The notes: generated by a model from the letters alone, not told the origin. DNA of 64,000 nucleotides from an uncultured delta proteobacterium (GCA_963740495.1 CAVUEK010000006.1:604474-668473), one strand, 5' to 3'; shown: positions 20,959-31,531, counted from the first letter of the stretch. Made by a program: numbers and translations.

Positions 20959-23767
20959 ATGCCCGCCATGCGTAGTTCCTCGATGTCGGCGATCACGCTT
21001 TCCTTCTTTTTCCTGGTCGCGGCGTGTGGCGACGACGACGTGTCGAGCGGTGACGGCGGCCCGGACGCCGGCGTCGAGACCGACGGCGGCGGCTTTCGCT
21101 GCCGCGTCCCGGACGTCGTCTTCAGCGAGCCCGTGATTGGAATGACACCCGGCGTCGTGCGGCGCCCCAACGTCGAGCTCGCGCTCGATTTCTGCGAGGC
21201 GACGACGATCACACTCGAGTCGAGCGACCCTTCGGTCGCGACCGTGTCGCCGACGGCTTCGCTCGAAGCGCGCCACACGCGCGCGAGCATCGACGTCACC
21301 GGCGTCGCGCCCGGCACAGCAACCGTGACCGCGACGTTCGTCGCCTTTCCCGACGAGACGCGAACCGCGACGCTCGACGTGATCGTGACCGACGCCGCGA
21401 TCCCGCCATGCGACGGAACGGCGAGCGGTAACGTCGCACCGGGCGGCGAAGTGCGCGTCGAGTCCGGCTCGCTGACGGGGGCGTTCGCTGCGGTGGCCTC
21501 GGGCGCGGCGGCGGACAACGTCTACCACGTCGACCCGTTCACCGTGGACATCGGGTGCGCGGCGGATCAGGTGCCGGACGGCTTCATGGCGCTCGGGCCG
21601 GCGGTGAGCTTCGGGCCCGCGTACCAGCGCTTCGCGCGCGAGATCCAGCTCGGCCTGCCCTACCGGCCGTCGCTGCTACCCGAGAACGCGAACCGGGGGC
21701 ACCTCGAGGTCAGCTACACGGGGCCGGGCGTGACCGAGCCGCGAATCGTTCCGGTGGCCGTCACGAACATCCCGCTCGGCGGCGACGCAGTCTTCGAGAT
21801 GGAGGTGCCGCGCCTCGGCACGTACCAGGTCGTCGCGCGCTCCACGGCGGGCCAGACCCGCGAGCGCCAGATGACGTTCCGAGGGATCGTCGGCGCCTCC
21901 ATGGGCGGCATCGGCACGGGCGTCGTCGGGTTCCACAACCCGGAGGTGTGGGACTTCGTCGCACCGCTCGGCGCGGCGTGGGATTGGGCGTACCTGCTCG
22001 AGTACATCCACGACTATCACATGGGCGGCTTCTGCACCGACGAGGAGCGCGGCGATCGATCCGAGCGCGTGCAACGCCGCCGACGTGACGCGCACCCCGC
22101 CGACCCGGTGGGAGCACGAGGTCGCACAGGACTACGAGCACTGGTGGTACGACGAGGGCATCAGCGGCTCGGGCCAGGGCTCGCAGTTCGATCGCCGCGA
22201 GTACTCGAACATCTTCCGCGACCTCGCGTACATGTACGGCAACGCGAACACCGACCACGCCGACGACCCGCTCGCGCCGAACATCACGCCGCCGGGCGTC
22301 CCGGACAGCGAGCGGATGCGCACCGACGAGGACCGATGCGCCAACCCCGTGATCATCCCGCCGGCCGACGGAAGCCCCGGCACGGGCTTCTACGACGACG
22401 AGTACAACCCCGACGGCGCGTACCCCGTGATCACGTTCTGCGAAGGCGGCGAGGTCGTCGTCGACGGCGAGCGCGACATCGGCGTCTGGGACCCGAACGA
22501 CGTCAACGACTATCCGCTCGAAGTCGCGCTCGCCGTCGACATCAACGAGAACGGGATCCGCGATCCCGGCGAGCCGGTGATCCGCGACTTCCACGAGCCG
22601 TTCGACGACTGCGGCCTCGACCGCGAGTGCGATGCCGACGAAGCGGGCTACGACCCCGTGACCAACCCCGATCCCGCCGGCGATGACTACGACCCGCAGT
22701 ACAACGCGACCGGGACCGAAGGGAACTTCCTCCGCGACGGAGATGCCTGCGACGCGACCGGCGGCGAGGCGTTCCTCGACTTCGGGCTCGATGGGCTGCT
22801 CGGCACGCCACAGCTCTCGGACGGCGGCTTCGACCACGGCGAAGCCAACGGGTGCTACGACATCACCCGCGGCGCACAGCGCATGATCGACCGCGGCCCG
22901 AAGCACTTGGTGCTGCGCGCCGACGAGAACGATCTCCGCGACATCGACGTGTTCGGCGACGGCGGGATCCGGGACCTCTTCATGGCTGCTACCGCGGCGA
23001 ACCACACGTTCTCGGCGTTCCCCGCGCGCAACCGACCTCTTCGCTACCTCAACGGGCACTCGCGTTTTCATCTCGACGGGCGTCCGCAAGACGACGGCAT
23101 GTTCGATTTCGCCAGCGTCCACTGGTTCGAGACCGGGCCGGATGTGCTCGTCCGCTACGGCAACGTCGACGCCGACGCGGCGGACTACGAGGGCGGCGAC
23201 GGTGCGCACGTCGGCACGCTCATCCAGGCCGTCAACCGCATCCTCAGCCCGATGGTGTGGATGAGCGCGCGCTGGCCCGGCGGCGACCGGCAACGCGTGA
23301 CCGACATGCTCTGCCGGACGGGCTCGGGGTGCGAGAACCCAAACCAGGTCCTGTTCGACTTCACGGCGCCGACGACCGGACGCACGGGGCCGGTGTCGAT
23401 CATCCTGCCGCCGGGCTACTTCCAACCCGAGCACGCCGACGAGACGTACCCCGTGATCTATTTCCTGCACGGTTACGGTATGGAGCCGCAGCAGCTCATC
23501 GACGTCGCGATCCTCACCTGGAACTACATGATCGCGACGACGCTCCCGGAGGCCCGGCGTCTGCAGAAGATGATCTTCGTCTTCCCGGACGGCCGCTGCC
23601 GCACGACAGGTGGTCAGCTCGAGTGCTTGAAGGGCACGTTCTTCACCGACGCGCCCGAGAGCACCCCCGGCGGCGCGCAGATGGAGACGTTCCTCCTCGA
23701 TCTCGTCGACTACATCGACGAGACCTACCGCACGCGGACGGCCGAGACGGTCACCGTCATCGAGTGA
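20959..23767 (+). pseudogene. Large lipoprotein with Asp-rich (Ca-binding-like) repeats and C-terminal putative esterase (alpha/beta hydrolase) domain; 1-nt frame disruption at about 22050
   Basis: Lipobox FFFLVAAC. Frame +1 ORF 20959..22686 and frame +2 ORF 22085..23767 join (...CTDEERG / IDPSACNAADVTRTPP...). C-terminal VIYFLHGYGMEPQQ is esterase-like. Confidence 0.55.
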
Positions 23768-23773
23768 CACCGG

Positions 23774-24457
23774 TCAAACGCAGGAGCCGTACTCGCCCGC
23801 GAAGACCGGTCGCGTGAACGAGAAGTCGATGCACGTCTCGCCGGGCGCGCACGACACCGTCGGGCCGCAGAGGGGCTCGCATTGCCCGGGCGTGGTCGAC
23901 CCGACACACGTGAGCCCCACGCCGCAGTCCGTGAGCTGGGTGCAAGGATCGTGTCGGCGACCGGCCCCGGCGGTGCGGCACAGCGTGATCCCGACTCTCG
24001 AGCTGTAGTCGCACGCGGAGTCGGCACAGCGGTCGGCCGTATGCCCCGGATCACACGGAAGCGTGCACACCGTCCCTCCGAACACGAGCGCGAAGAGACA
24101 CTTGGAGGCCGCTGGGCAATCGCTGTCGTCCTCGCAGTACTGCGAACAGAACGCGTATGTGTTGTACGTCAGACACGTCGCCCCGATGCCGCAGTCACCC
24201 ATGCCGCTGCAGAGCTGCCCGACCGGCACGGCGCCGGCGCTGCCGCAGTAGCGGCCGGTGTCCGTCTGTCCGCAGCGCTCTCCCGGGGCGCAGCCGCACT
24301 GCGGCGGAGCGAGGCGGCACACCGATCCCGCCGGCGCGTCGGCCTCGAGCAGGCAAAGGTCACCCCCCACCCCCGCGACAGCCCGGCACCCGGACGAAGC
24401 CAGCCCGAGCGCCGCCAGTGCGAGCGCGAAGCCTCGACGTGATGCGAACGCGCTCAC
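23774..24457 (-). CDS. Cys-rich secreted/lipoprotein (26 Cys), hypothetical
   Basis: Signal peptide ALALAALGLASSGC. Last gene of a minus-strand operon. Confidence 0.55.
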   Translation of the reverse strand: MSAFASRRGFALALAALGLASSGCRAVAGVGGDLCLLEADAPAGSVCRLAPPQCGCAPGERCGQTDTGRYCGSAGAVPVGQLCSGMGDCGIGATCLTYNTYAFCSQYCEDDSDCPAASKCLFALVFGGTVCTLPCDPGHTADRCADSACDYSSRVGITLCRTAGAGRRHDPCTQLTDCGVGLTCVGSTTPGQCEPLCGPTVSCAPGETCIDFSFTRPVFAGEYGSCV

Positions 24458-24460
24458 GCG

Positions 24461-25414
24461 TCAGAACCTCAGCCCGAGCGTCGCACCGCCGGGGCCGGGC
24501 ACGACCTCGAGCGCCGAGCGCCGACTGTCCTCCGGCGGCTGCCCGTGCGACGTCGTCGCGGCGATGATCGCGAGCACCAGCGCCGCGACGCCGAGCGTCG
24601 CTCCGATCGATCCGGTCACCGTCGACGCGTCGGCGAGCGAGCGGGCGCTCTCGATGTCCTCCGCCGCAGAGCCCGGGCACACGTCGTCGATGCAGTTCGT
24701 CACGGCGGCGCCCGTCCCGATCGCCGCGATCCCGGTGCCGATGCCGATCGCCGTGAACACGACCGAGACGACACCCGACACGACCGAGACGACGCCCGCG
24801 GCGGAAACGCCTCCACCGCCGGAGTCGACGCCCACGTCAGCGCGTTCACCGGCCGTCCGCTGCGCGGTCCGCGGCGGCGCCGTCCGGGCCGGCGACGGCG
24901 TCGTCTCGACGGGCGGGTTGTGATGCTCGACGATGTCGATGTGGGTCGGGGCGGGCTCCGGTGGCGGCGGAGTCGTCGGCTCGGGCTCGTACTCGCGCAC
25001 GGGCTCGGCTGGTGGCGCGAGCGGCGTGCCGGCGGGCTGCGGCGTCCCCGCCGCGGTCGCCGCCGACATCTCTCGTAGGCGCGTCAGCCGCACGCGCAGC
25101 TCGGCCTCGTCCGGCGGATGAGCGGCGTCGAGGTAGCGCGAGAGCGCGTCAGCCGCGCGTCCCATCTCGAGCGCTCGCTCGTATGCCGTCGCGATGTTCT
25201 TCAGGATGAGCGGTCGCGGCGACAGCTCGTACGCGTGCTCGTACGCGCGTGCCGCGTCGGTGTACCGCCCCTCCGCGTAGAGGCGCGTACCCTCGTCGAA
25301 TGCATCGCGCGCGGCAGCGTCCGTTGGGCTCGGCTGTGCGTGCGCGACGCCGGCGGCGGCTACGAGTACGGCGGCGAGACCGAACGCCCCGACGCCCAGC
25401 GCATGTCTCGCCAT
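24461..25414 (-). CDS. Secreted TPR-like protein with Pro-rich linker and C-terminal TM/Gly-rich segment
   Basis: Signal peptide. YAEGRYTDAARAYEHAYELSP TPR-like motif. PEPEPTTPPPPEPAP linker. 4-nt gap to downstream gene. Confidence 0.5.
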   Translation of the reverse strand: MARHALGVGAFGLAAVLVAAAGVAHAQPSPTDAAARDAFDEGTRLYAEGRYTDAARAYEHAYELSPRPLILKNIATAYERALEMGRAADALSRYLDAAHPPDEAELRVRLTRLREMSAATAAGTPQPAGTPLAPPAEPVREYEPEPTTPPPPEPAPTHIDIVEHHNPPVETTPSPARTAPPRTAQRTAGERADVGVDSGGGGVSAAGVVSVVSGVVSVVFTAIGIGTGIAAIGTGAAVTNCIDDVCPGSAAEDIESARSLADASTVTGSIGATLGVAALVLAIIAATTSHGQPPEDSRRSALEVVPGPGGATLGLRF

Positions 25415-25509
25415 GTCGCCGCCATCATCTCCTAGGACGACTGAGCGGTAAAGACTTGCGCGTGTCTACGGCCTCGCCGCGACGGCGACGGCGACGGCGA
25501 CGTCGACGG

Positions 25510-26868
25510 CTAGCCGCCACCCCATGGGTCGTCGATGTCGGGATCGTGGGGCCGGACGTTCATGTGGGGCGGCGGCGGCTCCGGCTCGGTCGGCTCTCCC
25601 TCGTGCGTCGCCGGTCGAAGCGGGCGCGCATGCCCCGCATCGGTGCCCCCATCCGTTCCCGCGTCGGGCGCAGCGGGCGCGTCCGGCGCGTCGATCGCCG
25701 CATCGCGCGCGAGGACGCCGACGGGTATGACCGGCGTGCCGACCTCCGGAGCGTCGTCGGCCATCGCTCCGAGAACCAAGTAGACGCCCACCGCCGAGAC
25801 GACGAGCCCTGCGAGCCCGACGCCGATGGCGACCAGCAGGAGCGGCACGGAGGAGCGGGCAGCGTGCGCTCGCCGCTCGTCGAGCGGCGGGACCGGGCCG
25901 ACCGCGCTCCCGAGCGGCGGCGTCACGACGATGGACGGCGGAGCGACGTGCGCGGCCGGCGGTAGAAGGTGCTCGACGGGCGTCATCATGGTCGACACGA
26001 ACCCGAGGTCGTCGGCGCCATCGGAGTGCACGCGGGAGAGCGCGTTCGCGAGCGCGCGCATCGACTGCGGCCGCATCGTCGGGCTCTTCGCGAGGCACGT
26101 GCCGATGATCGTCGCGAGCTCCGCGGGCACCCTCGGATTGATCGAGTCCGCGCGAGGCGGTGTGTCGCTGAGGTGTTGGTAGATGATCGCGTTCAAGCTC
26201 TCGGCGAGGAACGGGGGGCGTCCCGCGATCATCTCGAAGAACATCGCGCCGAGGGCGTACACGTCGGTCCGCGCGTCGACCGCGATGCCGCGCCACTGCT
26301 CGGGTGCCATGTAGAGCGGTGTCCCGACGAGCTCGTTCGTCTGCGTGATCTGCTCCTTGCGACCTTCGACCTTCGCGACGCCGAAGTCGAGGATCTTCAC
26401 CATGTCGCGCGCACCGACGAGCACGTTGTCCGGCTTGACGTCGCGGTGGACCACGCCGCACTCGTGCGCGACTCCGAGCGCATCGCAGAGCTGCATCACG
26501 ATCCCGATGGCGCGCGCCACCGGGAGGCGGCCCTCGCGGGTCAAGACGTTGCCGAGCGACTCCCCCTCGAAGTGCTCCATGACGATGTACGCGCTGCCGT
26601 CGCGGAGACGCCCGAAGTCGTAGACGTGGATGATGTTCGGATGGCCGATCGCCGACGCGGCCCGCGCTTCGCGCCTGAAGCGCTGGACGAGCCGCTCGTC
26701 CGACGACAGCTCGGCGCGCAGCACCTTGAGCGCGACCCAGCGATCGAGATCGCGGTGGTACGCGAGGTACACGACACCCATCGCGCCGCCGCCGAGCCGG
26801 CGCGCCACCGCGTAGCGATCGTCGACGACTTCGCCGAGGAGCCAGTCGTTGCCGGTTCCCCCCTCCAA
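25510..26868 (-). CDS. Ser/Thr protein kinase with C-terminal TM segment
   Basis: GGGAMGVVY, VALKVL, HRDVKPDNVLV, DFGVAK, APEQ. Confidence 0.85.
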   Translation of the reverse strand: MEGGTGNDWLLGEVVDDRYAVARRLGGGAMGVVYLAYHRDLDRWVALKVLRAELSSDERLVQRFRREARAASAIGHPNIIHVYDFGRLRDGSAYIVMEHFEGESLGNVLTREGRLPVARAIGIVMQLCDALGVAHECGVVHRDVKPDNVLVGARDMVKILDFGVAKVEGRKEQITQTNELVGTPLYMAPEQWRGIAVDARTDVYALGAMFFEMIAGRPPFLAESLNAIIYQHLSDTPPRADSINPRVPAELATIIGTCLAKSPTMRPQSMRALANALSRVHSDGADDLGFVSTMMTPVEHLLPPAAHVAPPSIVVTPPLGSAVGPVPPLDERRAHAARSSVPLLLVAIGVGLAGLVVSAVGVYLVLGAMADDAPEVGTPVIPVGVLARDAAIDAPDAPAAPDAGTDGGTDAGHARPLRPATHEGEPTEPEPPPPHMNVRPHDPDIDDPWGGG

Positions 26869-26877
26869 GACGCCCGC

Positions 26878-28998
26878 CTAGTCCGCGACCGCCGGAGCTC
26901 GAGCGCGCGTGAAGACCATCACGCGATCGGTGGCGAGGAGCCAGACGCGATCCTGCCCGTCGACCTCGACGTCGACGAGCTGGTTCGTCGGCAGGCCGTT
27001 CGATTCGTCGAGCGTCTGCCAGGTGTGCCCGTCGTAGTACACGACCCCGCGTTGTCCCGCCGCCCAGAGGTTGCCGCGCGAGTCGATCGCGAGCGCGGTC
27101 GGCCGCGCGTGCTGCACGAGCGCCGGCAGCTGGAAGTCGAAGCCCGTCGCGCTCTCCCAGAACCCGACGCCCTCCGCGGCGGCGACCCACACGCGTCCGC
27201 CTTCGCCCACGGCGACGTCGGACACGACCTCGCCGCGCACGCCCCGCGCTTCCCCGAAGACCACCGCTTGATGGTTGCCGACGCGGATGGCTCCGGTGAG
27301 GCTCGGCATCCAGGCATATCCGGCCATGCCGAGGTCGATGTTGTCCACCTCGTCGGGCATCGAGAGCGCTTCGGGCCCGTCGGTCTCGGGCGTCGCCCCG
27401 CGGCGGTGGTAGACGACGGGGCCTTCCTCGCCGAACACCGCGACCCCGCGCATGCGGGTCCCTTCACCGAGCTCGTGCGTCACGCGGAGCCCCGCCCACA
27501 CGACGCGATCGTCGGTGATACCGAAGAACGGGATCGAGACGAGCGGCGGCTCGACCGCGAGCTGCCGCTCCATCTGCTGAGTGTACCCGTCGGTGCTGAC
27601 GCGGTAGATGCGCACCGTCGCCGCTTGTCCTTCGACGAGACCGAGCACGTACGCGCCGTCCGGCCCGTTCGCGAGCGCCTGGAGCTTGACGCCGTCGGGC
27701 GAGGGCACGCGCTGGATGCGGCCGTCGCGGTAGAGCCCGATCGTCCCGTCGGCCGCGCGGACCCAGGTGTTGTGCGAGGCGTCGATCGCGATCTGCTCGT
27801 CGGTCGCGTCGACGAGGTCGAGGCTCCGGAGCACGGTCGAGAAGCCACCCGGTGTGATCCGGGCGACACCGCGGTTCTGATCGGCGAGAAAGAGGTCGTC
27901 GCCGCGCGCGCGAACGAGATACGCGGCGTCCGGGCGGACGGGCAGCGTGACCGCGCGGGCCCGAAGCTCCGGCGACGGAACGGCGGGCCGATCCGCCGGC
28001 ACGGGGGCGAGCGGGCTCGGCCGACGGGCGACCTCGGCCGGCGGCTCCGCGGGCCGCGTCGCGTACACCATCGGCAGATCCGCCGCCGCGAGGATGCGTG
28101 CTCCGTAGCTGCGCACGCCGCGCGGCTCGCCACGCTCGAGGCCGACGAGCTGCACCGAGCCCTCGAGCGGGCCCTTCACGATCTGGATCGCGTCGGCCGG
28201 CGTCACGAGCAGCGTGCGATCCTGGAAGCGAACGAGCCCGAGCGCGGGCGCGTCGAGCCCGTCGAGCGTGTAGGACCACCACCGCGTCCCGTCCCAGTAC
28301 CCGATCTTGGAGTCCGACGGTCCCTCTACGAGCGCGAGCGCTTCGCCGTCATCGAGCGGAACGAGCGAGCGCACGTAGCCTTCCGGAATGCCGCGACCGA
28401 GCGCGTGCTCGCGCACGACGTCGCCTTCGATGCGCCACGCGCCGCGCGTCGTCCCGACCCAGAGCGCGTCGGCGGCCGGCGCGAGCAGCGTCACCGCGGC
28501 CGGCTCGCCGAAGCGCGCCCAGGCGCCTTCGCGAAAGCGCGCGAGCCCCTCGGCGCCCCCGGCCCACAGCGTGCCGTCGTCCGTGAACGCGAGCGACGTG
28601 ACGCGTCCGACGGGCGGCGGATCGCCGAACGGCGCGACGGCCGCTTCCGCGTCGACGTGCGCGAGACCGCCCGCTGTCGCGACGACCACCCCGCCCGTGC
28701 GGTCGACCGCGACCGCGAGCGTGTCGTCCGACGGAAGCCCATCCGATGCGCGCACGCGCACTGGACGCTCTTCGCCAGCGGACGCGTGTACGAGCAGGCC
28801 GAGGTCGGTGGCGACGAAGACGCGCTCGGCGCTCGCGGCGACGTCCCGCACGGTGTCGAGGTCGGTGAAGGTCTCGACGACGCGAGCGCCGCCCCCGACC
28901 GTGACGAGCGTCCCCGCGGGCCCGCGCGTCGCCAGCCCGGCGGGCCCGCACGCGAGGAGGAGGACGAGGGTGCTGGAAAGCTCGAGGAGCCGGCGCAT
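26878..28998 (-). CDS. Lipoprotein with two-component-regulator-propeller-like (beta-propeller) repeats
   Basis: Lipobox LLLACG. Repeated LW.GT..GL..F/..W motifs over 706 aa. Stop 10 nt upstream of the kinase start. Confidence 0.65.
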   Translation of the reverse strand: MRRLLELSSTLVLLLACGPAGLATRGPAGTLVTVGGGARVVETFTDLDTVRDVAASAERVFVATDLGLLVHASAGEERPVRVRASDGLPSDDTLAVAVDRTGGVVVATAGGLAHVDAEAAVAPFGDPPPVGRVTSLAFTDDGTLWAGGAEGLARFREGAWARFGEPAAVTLLAPAADALWVGTTRGAWRIEGDVVREHALGRGIPEGYVRSLVPLDDGEALALVEGPSDSKIGYWDGTRWWSYTLDGLDAPALGLVRFQDRTLLVTPADAIQIVKGPLEGSVQLVGLERGEPRGVRSYGARILAAADLPMVYATRPAEPPAEVARRPSPLAPVPADRPAVPSPELRARAVTLPVRPDAAYLVRARGDDLFLADQNRGVARITPGGFSTVLRSLDLVDATDEQIAIDASHNTWVRAADGTIGLYRDGRIQRVPSPDGVKLQALANGPDGAYVLGLVEGQAATVRIYRVSTDGYTQQMERQLAVEPPLVSIPFFGITDDRVVWAGLRVTHELGEGTRMRGVAVFGEEGPVVYHRRGATPETDGPEALSMPDEVDNIDLGMAGYAWMPSLTGAIRVGNHQAVVFGEARGVRGEVVSDVAVGEGGRVWVAAAEGVGFWESATGFDFQLPALVQHARPTALAIDSRGNLWAAGQRGVVYYDGHTWQTLDESNGLPTNQLVDVEVDGQDRVWLLATDRVMVFTRARAPAVAD

Positions 28999-29082
28999 CT
29001 CGCGTGGTTAGCCCCGGGGCGCACCGGGTGTCAATCCGGGCGCCCGGTGCTACAAGAACAGGCCGCGCAGGGGGCACGACGG

Positions 29083-30750
29083 GTGAAGCAGCTCGAAGAC
29101 AGCTACGACACGGTGGTGATCGGCGCCGGGATGGGCGGCCTCGTGAGCGCCGCCTTGCTCGCGAAGGCCGGAATGTCGGTGTGCGTCGTCGACATGGGGA
29201 GCCGGCCGGGCGGCTATCTGATGGGGTTCGAGCGCAAGGGGTTCGTGTTCGACACCTCGACGCACTGGCTCAACGAGTGCAACCCCGGCGGCTCGGTGCG
29301 CAACGCGCTCGACCTGATCGGCCCGGGAGCGCCCGACATGCCGCGCCTCGAGCGGATCCGGCGCTACAAGAGCCCGAGCTTCGACTACACGCTCACCAAC
29401 GAGCCCGACGCGATGCGCGACGAGCTCGTGCGCGACTTCCCGAAGGACGAGCTCGGCATCCGGCGTTTCTTCGCCGAGGGCAAGCGGCTCGGCGAGATCA
29501 TGCAGATGCTCTCTCGCAGACAGCGAACGCACCTGACGATGGGGCCGTTCGAGAAGGCGTGGTTCGCGCTCCAGTCGATCCGCGGGCTCGCGCTCGCGCG
29601 TCACGCTCGCTCCGGCATGGACGCGGCGCTCGCTCGCTACTTCTCGCCGGACGGGCCCGGCAAGATCTACAGCTCCGAGCAGAACATCCTGTCGTGCCTC
29701 ATTCCGATCGGCTGGGCATACACCGGCGACTACCAACGTCCGCCCGACGGAGGCGCGAAGAAGCTCCCGCTCTGGCTGAGCTCGGTCCTGAGACAGTGGG
29801 GAGCGCCGCTCCACCTCAACTGCCGCGTCGAGAAGATCCACGTCGAGGACGGGCGTGCGGTCGGCGTGACGATCGCACGGATCCGCAGCGGCAAGACCTA
29901 CGACGTGAAGTGCAAGTACGTCGTCGCGGCGTGCGACGTCGCGTCCTTGTACGAGCACGCGCTCCCGCCCGGCAGCGTCGACTTCAGCTGGAAGAAGCGC
30001 TTCGACGACGCCGACCTCTACACGTCCACGTTCGCGATCAGCATGGGCCTCGACGTTCCCGTCACGGAGCTCGGCTTGGGCGAAGAGGTCGTCTACGTCA
30101 CCGCGGACGGCGTCGACCGCAAGGACCACAACGAGACCGACCCGCACAAGGCCGGCATCAGCGTCGTCGCCGGCTCCGCGCGCGACGCCTCGCTCGCCCC
30201 GCCTGGCAAGGGGACGCTCTCCCTGCAGGTCATGGCCGACATGAATTGGGGCGACTGCTGGAAGACGGGCCCCGGCTTCGAGCGCGGTCGAGCTTACGAG
30301 GCGTTCAAGAAAGAGTACGCGGACGTCCTCCTCGACCGCATCGAGCGGGTGCTCGTTCCCGATCTACGCAAGCACATCACTCTCCTCGACATCGCGACGC
30401 CGATCACGCACTGGCGCTACACCAACAACTACCAGGGCAGCATCATGGGCGCGAAGGCCACCGCGAGGAACTTTCGCAACGGCGTCTCCGGCTACTACAC
30501 GCCGATAAAGAACATGATCGTCGGCGGCCAGTGGGCCGAGAACGGCGGCGGCGTCCCCATCGCCGTCCGCGCCGGCTTCAACAGCGCGCTCCTGATCCTG
30601 AAGCGCGAACGCCCCGCCGCATTTCGTCTGTTCAGCCGCGTCATCGACGGCAAGCTCGCTCCGTCCGACTGCGTCGCAGAAGAGCTCCGCACCCTCACCG
30701 AGATCCGCCCCCGCCGCCCGCAGGGTAGCGCCGTCGCCACCGCGAGTTGA
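29083..30750 (+). CDS. FAD-dependent oxidoreductase, phytoene desaturase (CrtI/CrtD)-family
   Basis: N-terminal dinucleotide fold VVIGAGMGGLVSAALLAKAG. Family-typical C-terminal ...GGQW...G.P...SA. GTG start. Real gene is the tail of the 1593-aa shadow ORF. Confidence 0.75.
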   Translation: MKQLEDSYDTVVIGAGMGGLVSAALLAKAGMSVCVVDMGSRPGGYLMGFERKGFVFDTSTHWLNECNPGGSVRNALDLIGPGAPDMPRLERIRRYKSPSFDYTLTNEPDAMRDELVRDFPKDELGIRRFFAEGKRLGEIMQMLSRRQRTHLTMGPFEKAWFALQSIRGLALARHARSGMDAALARYFSPDGPGKIYSSEQNILSCLIPIGWAYTGDYQRPPDGGAKKLPLWLSSVLRQWGAPLHLNCRVEKIHVEDGRAVGVTIARIRSGKTYDVKCKYVVAACDVASLYEHALPPGSVDFSWKKRFDDADLYTSTFAISMGLDVPVTELGLGEEVVYVTADGVDRKDHNETDPHKAGISVVAGSARDASLAPPGKGTLSLQVMADMNWGDCWKTGPGFERGRAYEAFKKEYADVLLDRIERVLVPDLRKHITLLDIATPITHWRYTNNYQGSIMGAKATARNFRNGVSGYYTPIKNMIVGGQWAENGGGVPIAVRAGFNSALLILKRERPAAFRLFSRVIDGKLAPSDCVAEELRTLTEIRPRRPQGSAVATAS

Positions 30751-30817
30751 GCCCGGGGGACTGGTTCTACGATCGCAGCTCGGCCGAGCGCCGCCGCGGC
30801 TCATGTGATGCGAGTGC

Positions 30818-30850
30818 TTGACGTGCAATCATTGCAATCATATCTTGGGG
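30818..30850 (+). promoter_or_regulatory. Putative sigma-70 promoter with overlapping 6-1-6 palindromic operator for vapBC
   Basis: TTGACG (30818-30823), 17-nt spacer, TATCTT (30841). Spacer contains perfect inverted repeat TGCAAT-C-ATTGCA (30824-30836). Confidence 0.45.
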
Positions 30851-30853
30851 CAG

Positions 30854-31102
30854 ATGGCGAGCATCACGATCCGCAACCTCGACGAGGCGCTGAAGCGCCT
30901 TCTGCGGATCCGAGCGGCGCAGCACGGTCGGTCGATGGAACAGGAGGCGCGCGACATCCTGCGCTCGGCCCTCTCGCGAGCCCCGACACCACCCCGAGAT
31001 CTCGCGGAGGCCGTTCGGAATCGTTTCGCCCCCTTCGGGGGAATCGAGCTGCCGGAGATCGAGCGAACACCGCCGCGACCGCCGCCGCCGTTCGAGCCCT
31101 GA
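30854..31102 (+). CDS. vapB: VapB/FitA-type antitoxin (plasmid-stability-protein-like DNA-binding antitoxin)
   Basis: MASITIRNLDEALKRLLRIRAAQHGRSMEQEARDILR is characteristic of FitA/VapB. Stop 10 nt upstream of the vapC start. Confidence 0.7.
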   Translation: MASITIRNLDEALKRLLRIRAAQHGRSMEQEARDILRSALSRAPTPPRDLAEAVRNRFAPFGGIELPEIERTPPRPPPPFEP

Positions 31103-31111
31103 GCGAGCCCG

Positions 31112-31531
31112 ATGATCGTGCTCGATACCAACGTCCTCTCGGAGCTCATGCGCCCTGCGCCCGACCCCAACGTGGTCCGATGGGTTTCCACAGAGCCCGC
31201 GACGGCGCTCTTCACGACCACCATCACGCACGCCGAGCTCCTCTTCGGCGTCATGCTCCTGCCCGCGGGTAAGCGTCGACGCTCGCTCGAGGGTGCGCTC
31301 GCTGCCCTCTTCGCGGAGGACCTCGTCGATCGCGTTCTGCCTTTCGACGAGATCGCCGTGCCCGAATTCGCGCGCATCGCGGCCGATCGGCAACTGTCCG
31401 GCCGACCGATCTCACATGCGGATGCGCAGATCGCCGCCATCTGCCGCTCTCGAGGCGCTGCCATCGCCACGCGCAACGTGGCCGACTTCGATGGCGCCGG
31501 CCTCACCGTCTTCGACCCTTTCGAAGCGTGA
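31112..31531 (+). CDS. vapC: VapC/FitB-type PIN-domain toxin
   Basis: MIVLDTNVLSELMRP...THAEL...ATRN..DF acidic PIN residues. 139 aa. Confidence 0.8.
   Translation: MIVLDTNVLSELMRPAPDPNVVRWVSTEPATALFTTTITHAELLFGVMLLPAGKRRRSLEGALAALFAEDLVDRVLPFDEIAVPEFARIAADRQLSGRPISHADAQIAAICRSRGAAIATRNVADFDGAGLTVFDPFEA

Noticed and set aside
21761-23770. 669-aa minus-strand ORF
   Set aside because: Antisense to the esterase-domain lipoprotein gene. Low-complexity Arg/Val/Asp-rich.
25969-30750. 1593-aa plus-strand ORF, the longest in the window
   Set aside because: Its first about 3.1 kb is antisense to the well-supported Ser/Thr kinase and propeller genes and translates to Arg/Asp/Glu-rich low-complexity sequence typical of GC-rich shadow frames. 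Only the last 556 aa (from GTG 29083) show real motifs (FAD-binding oxidoreductase).
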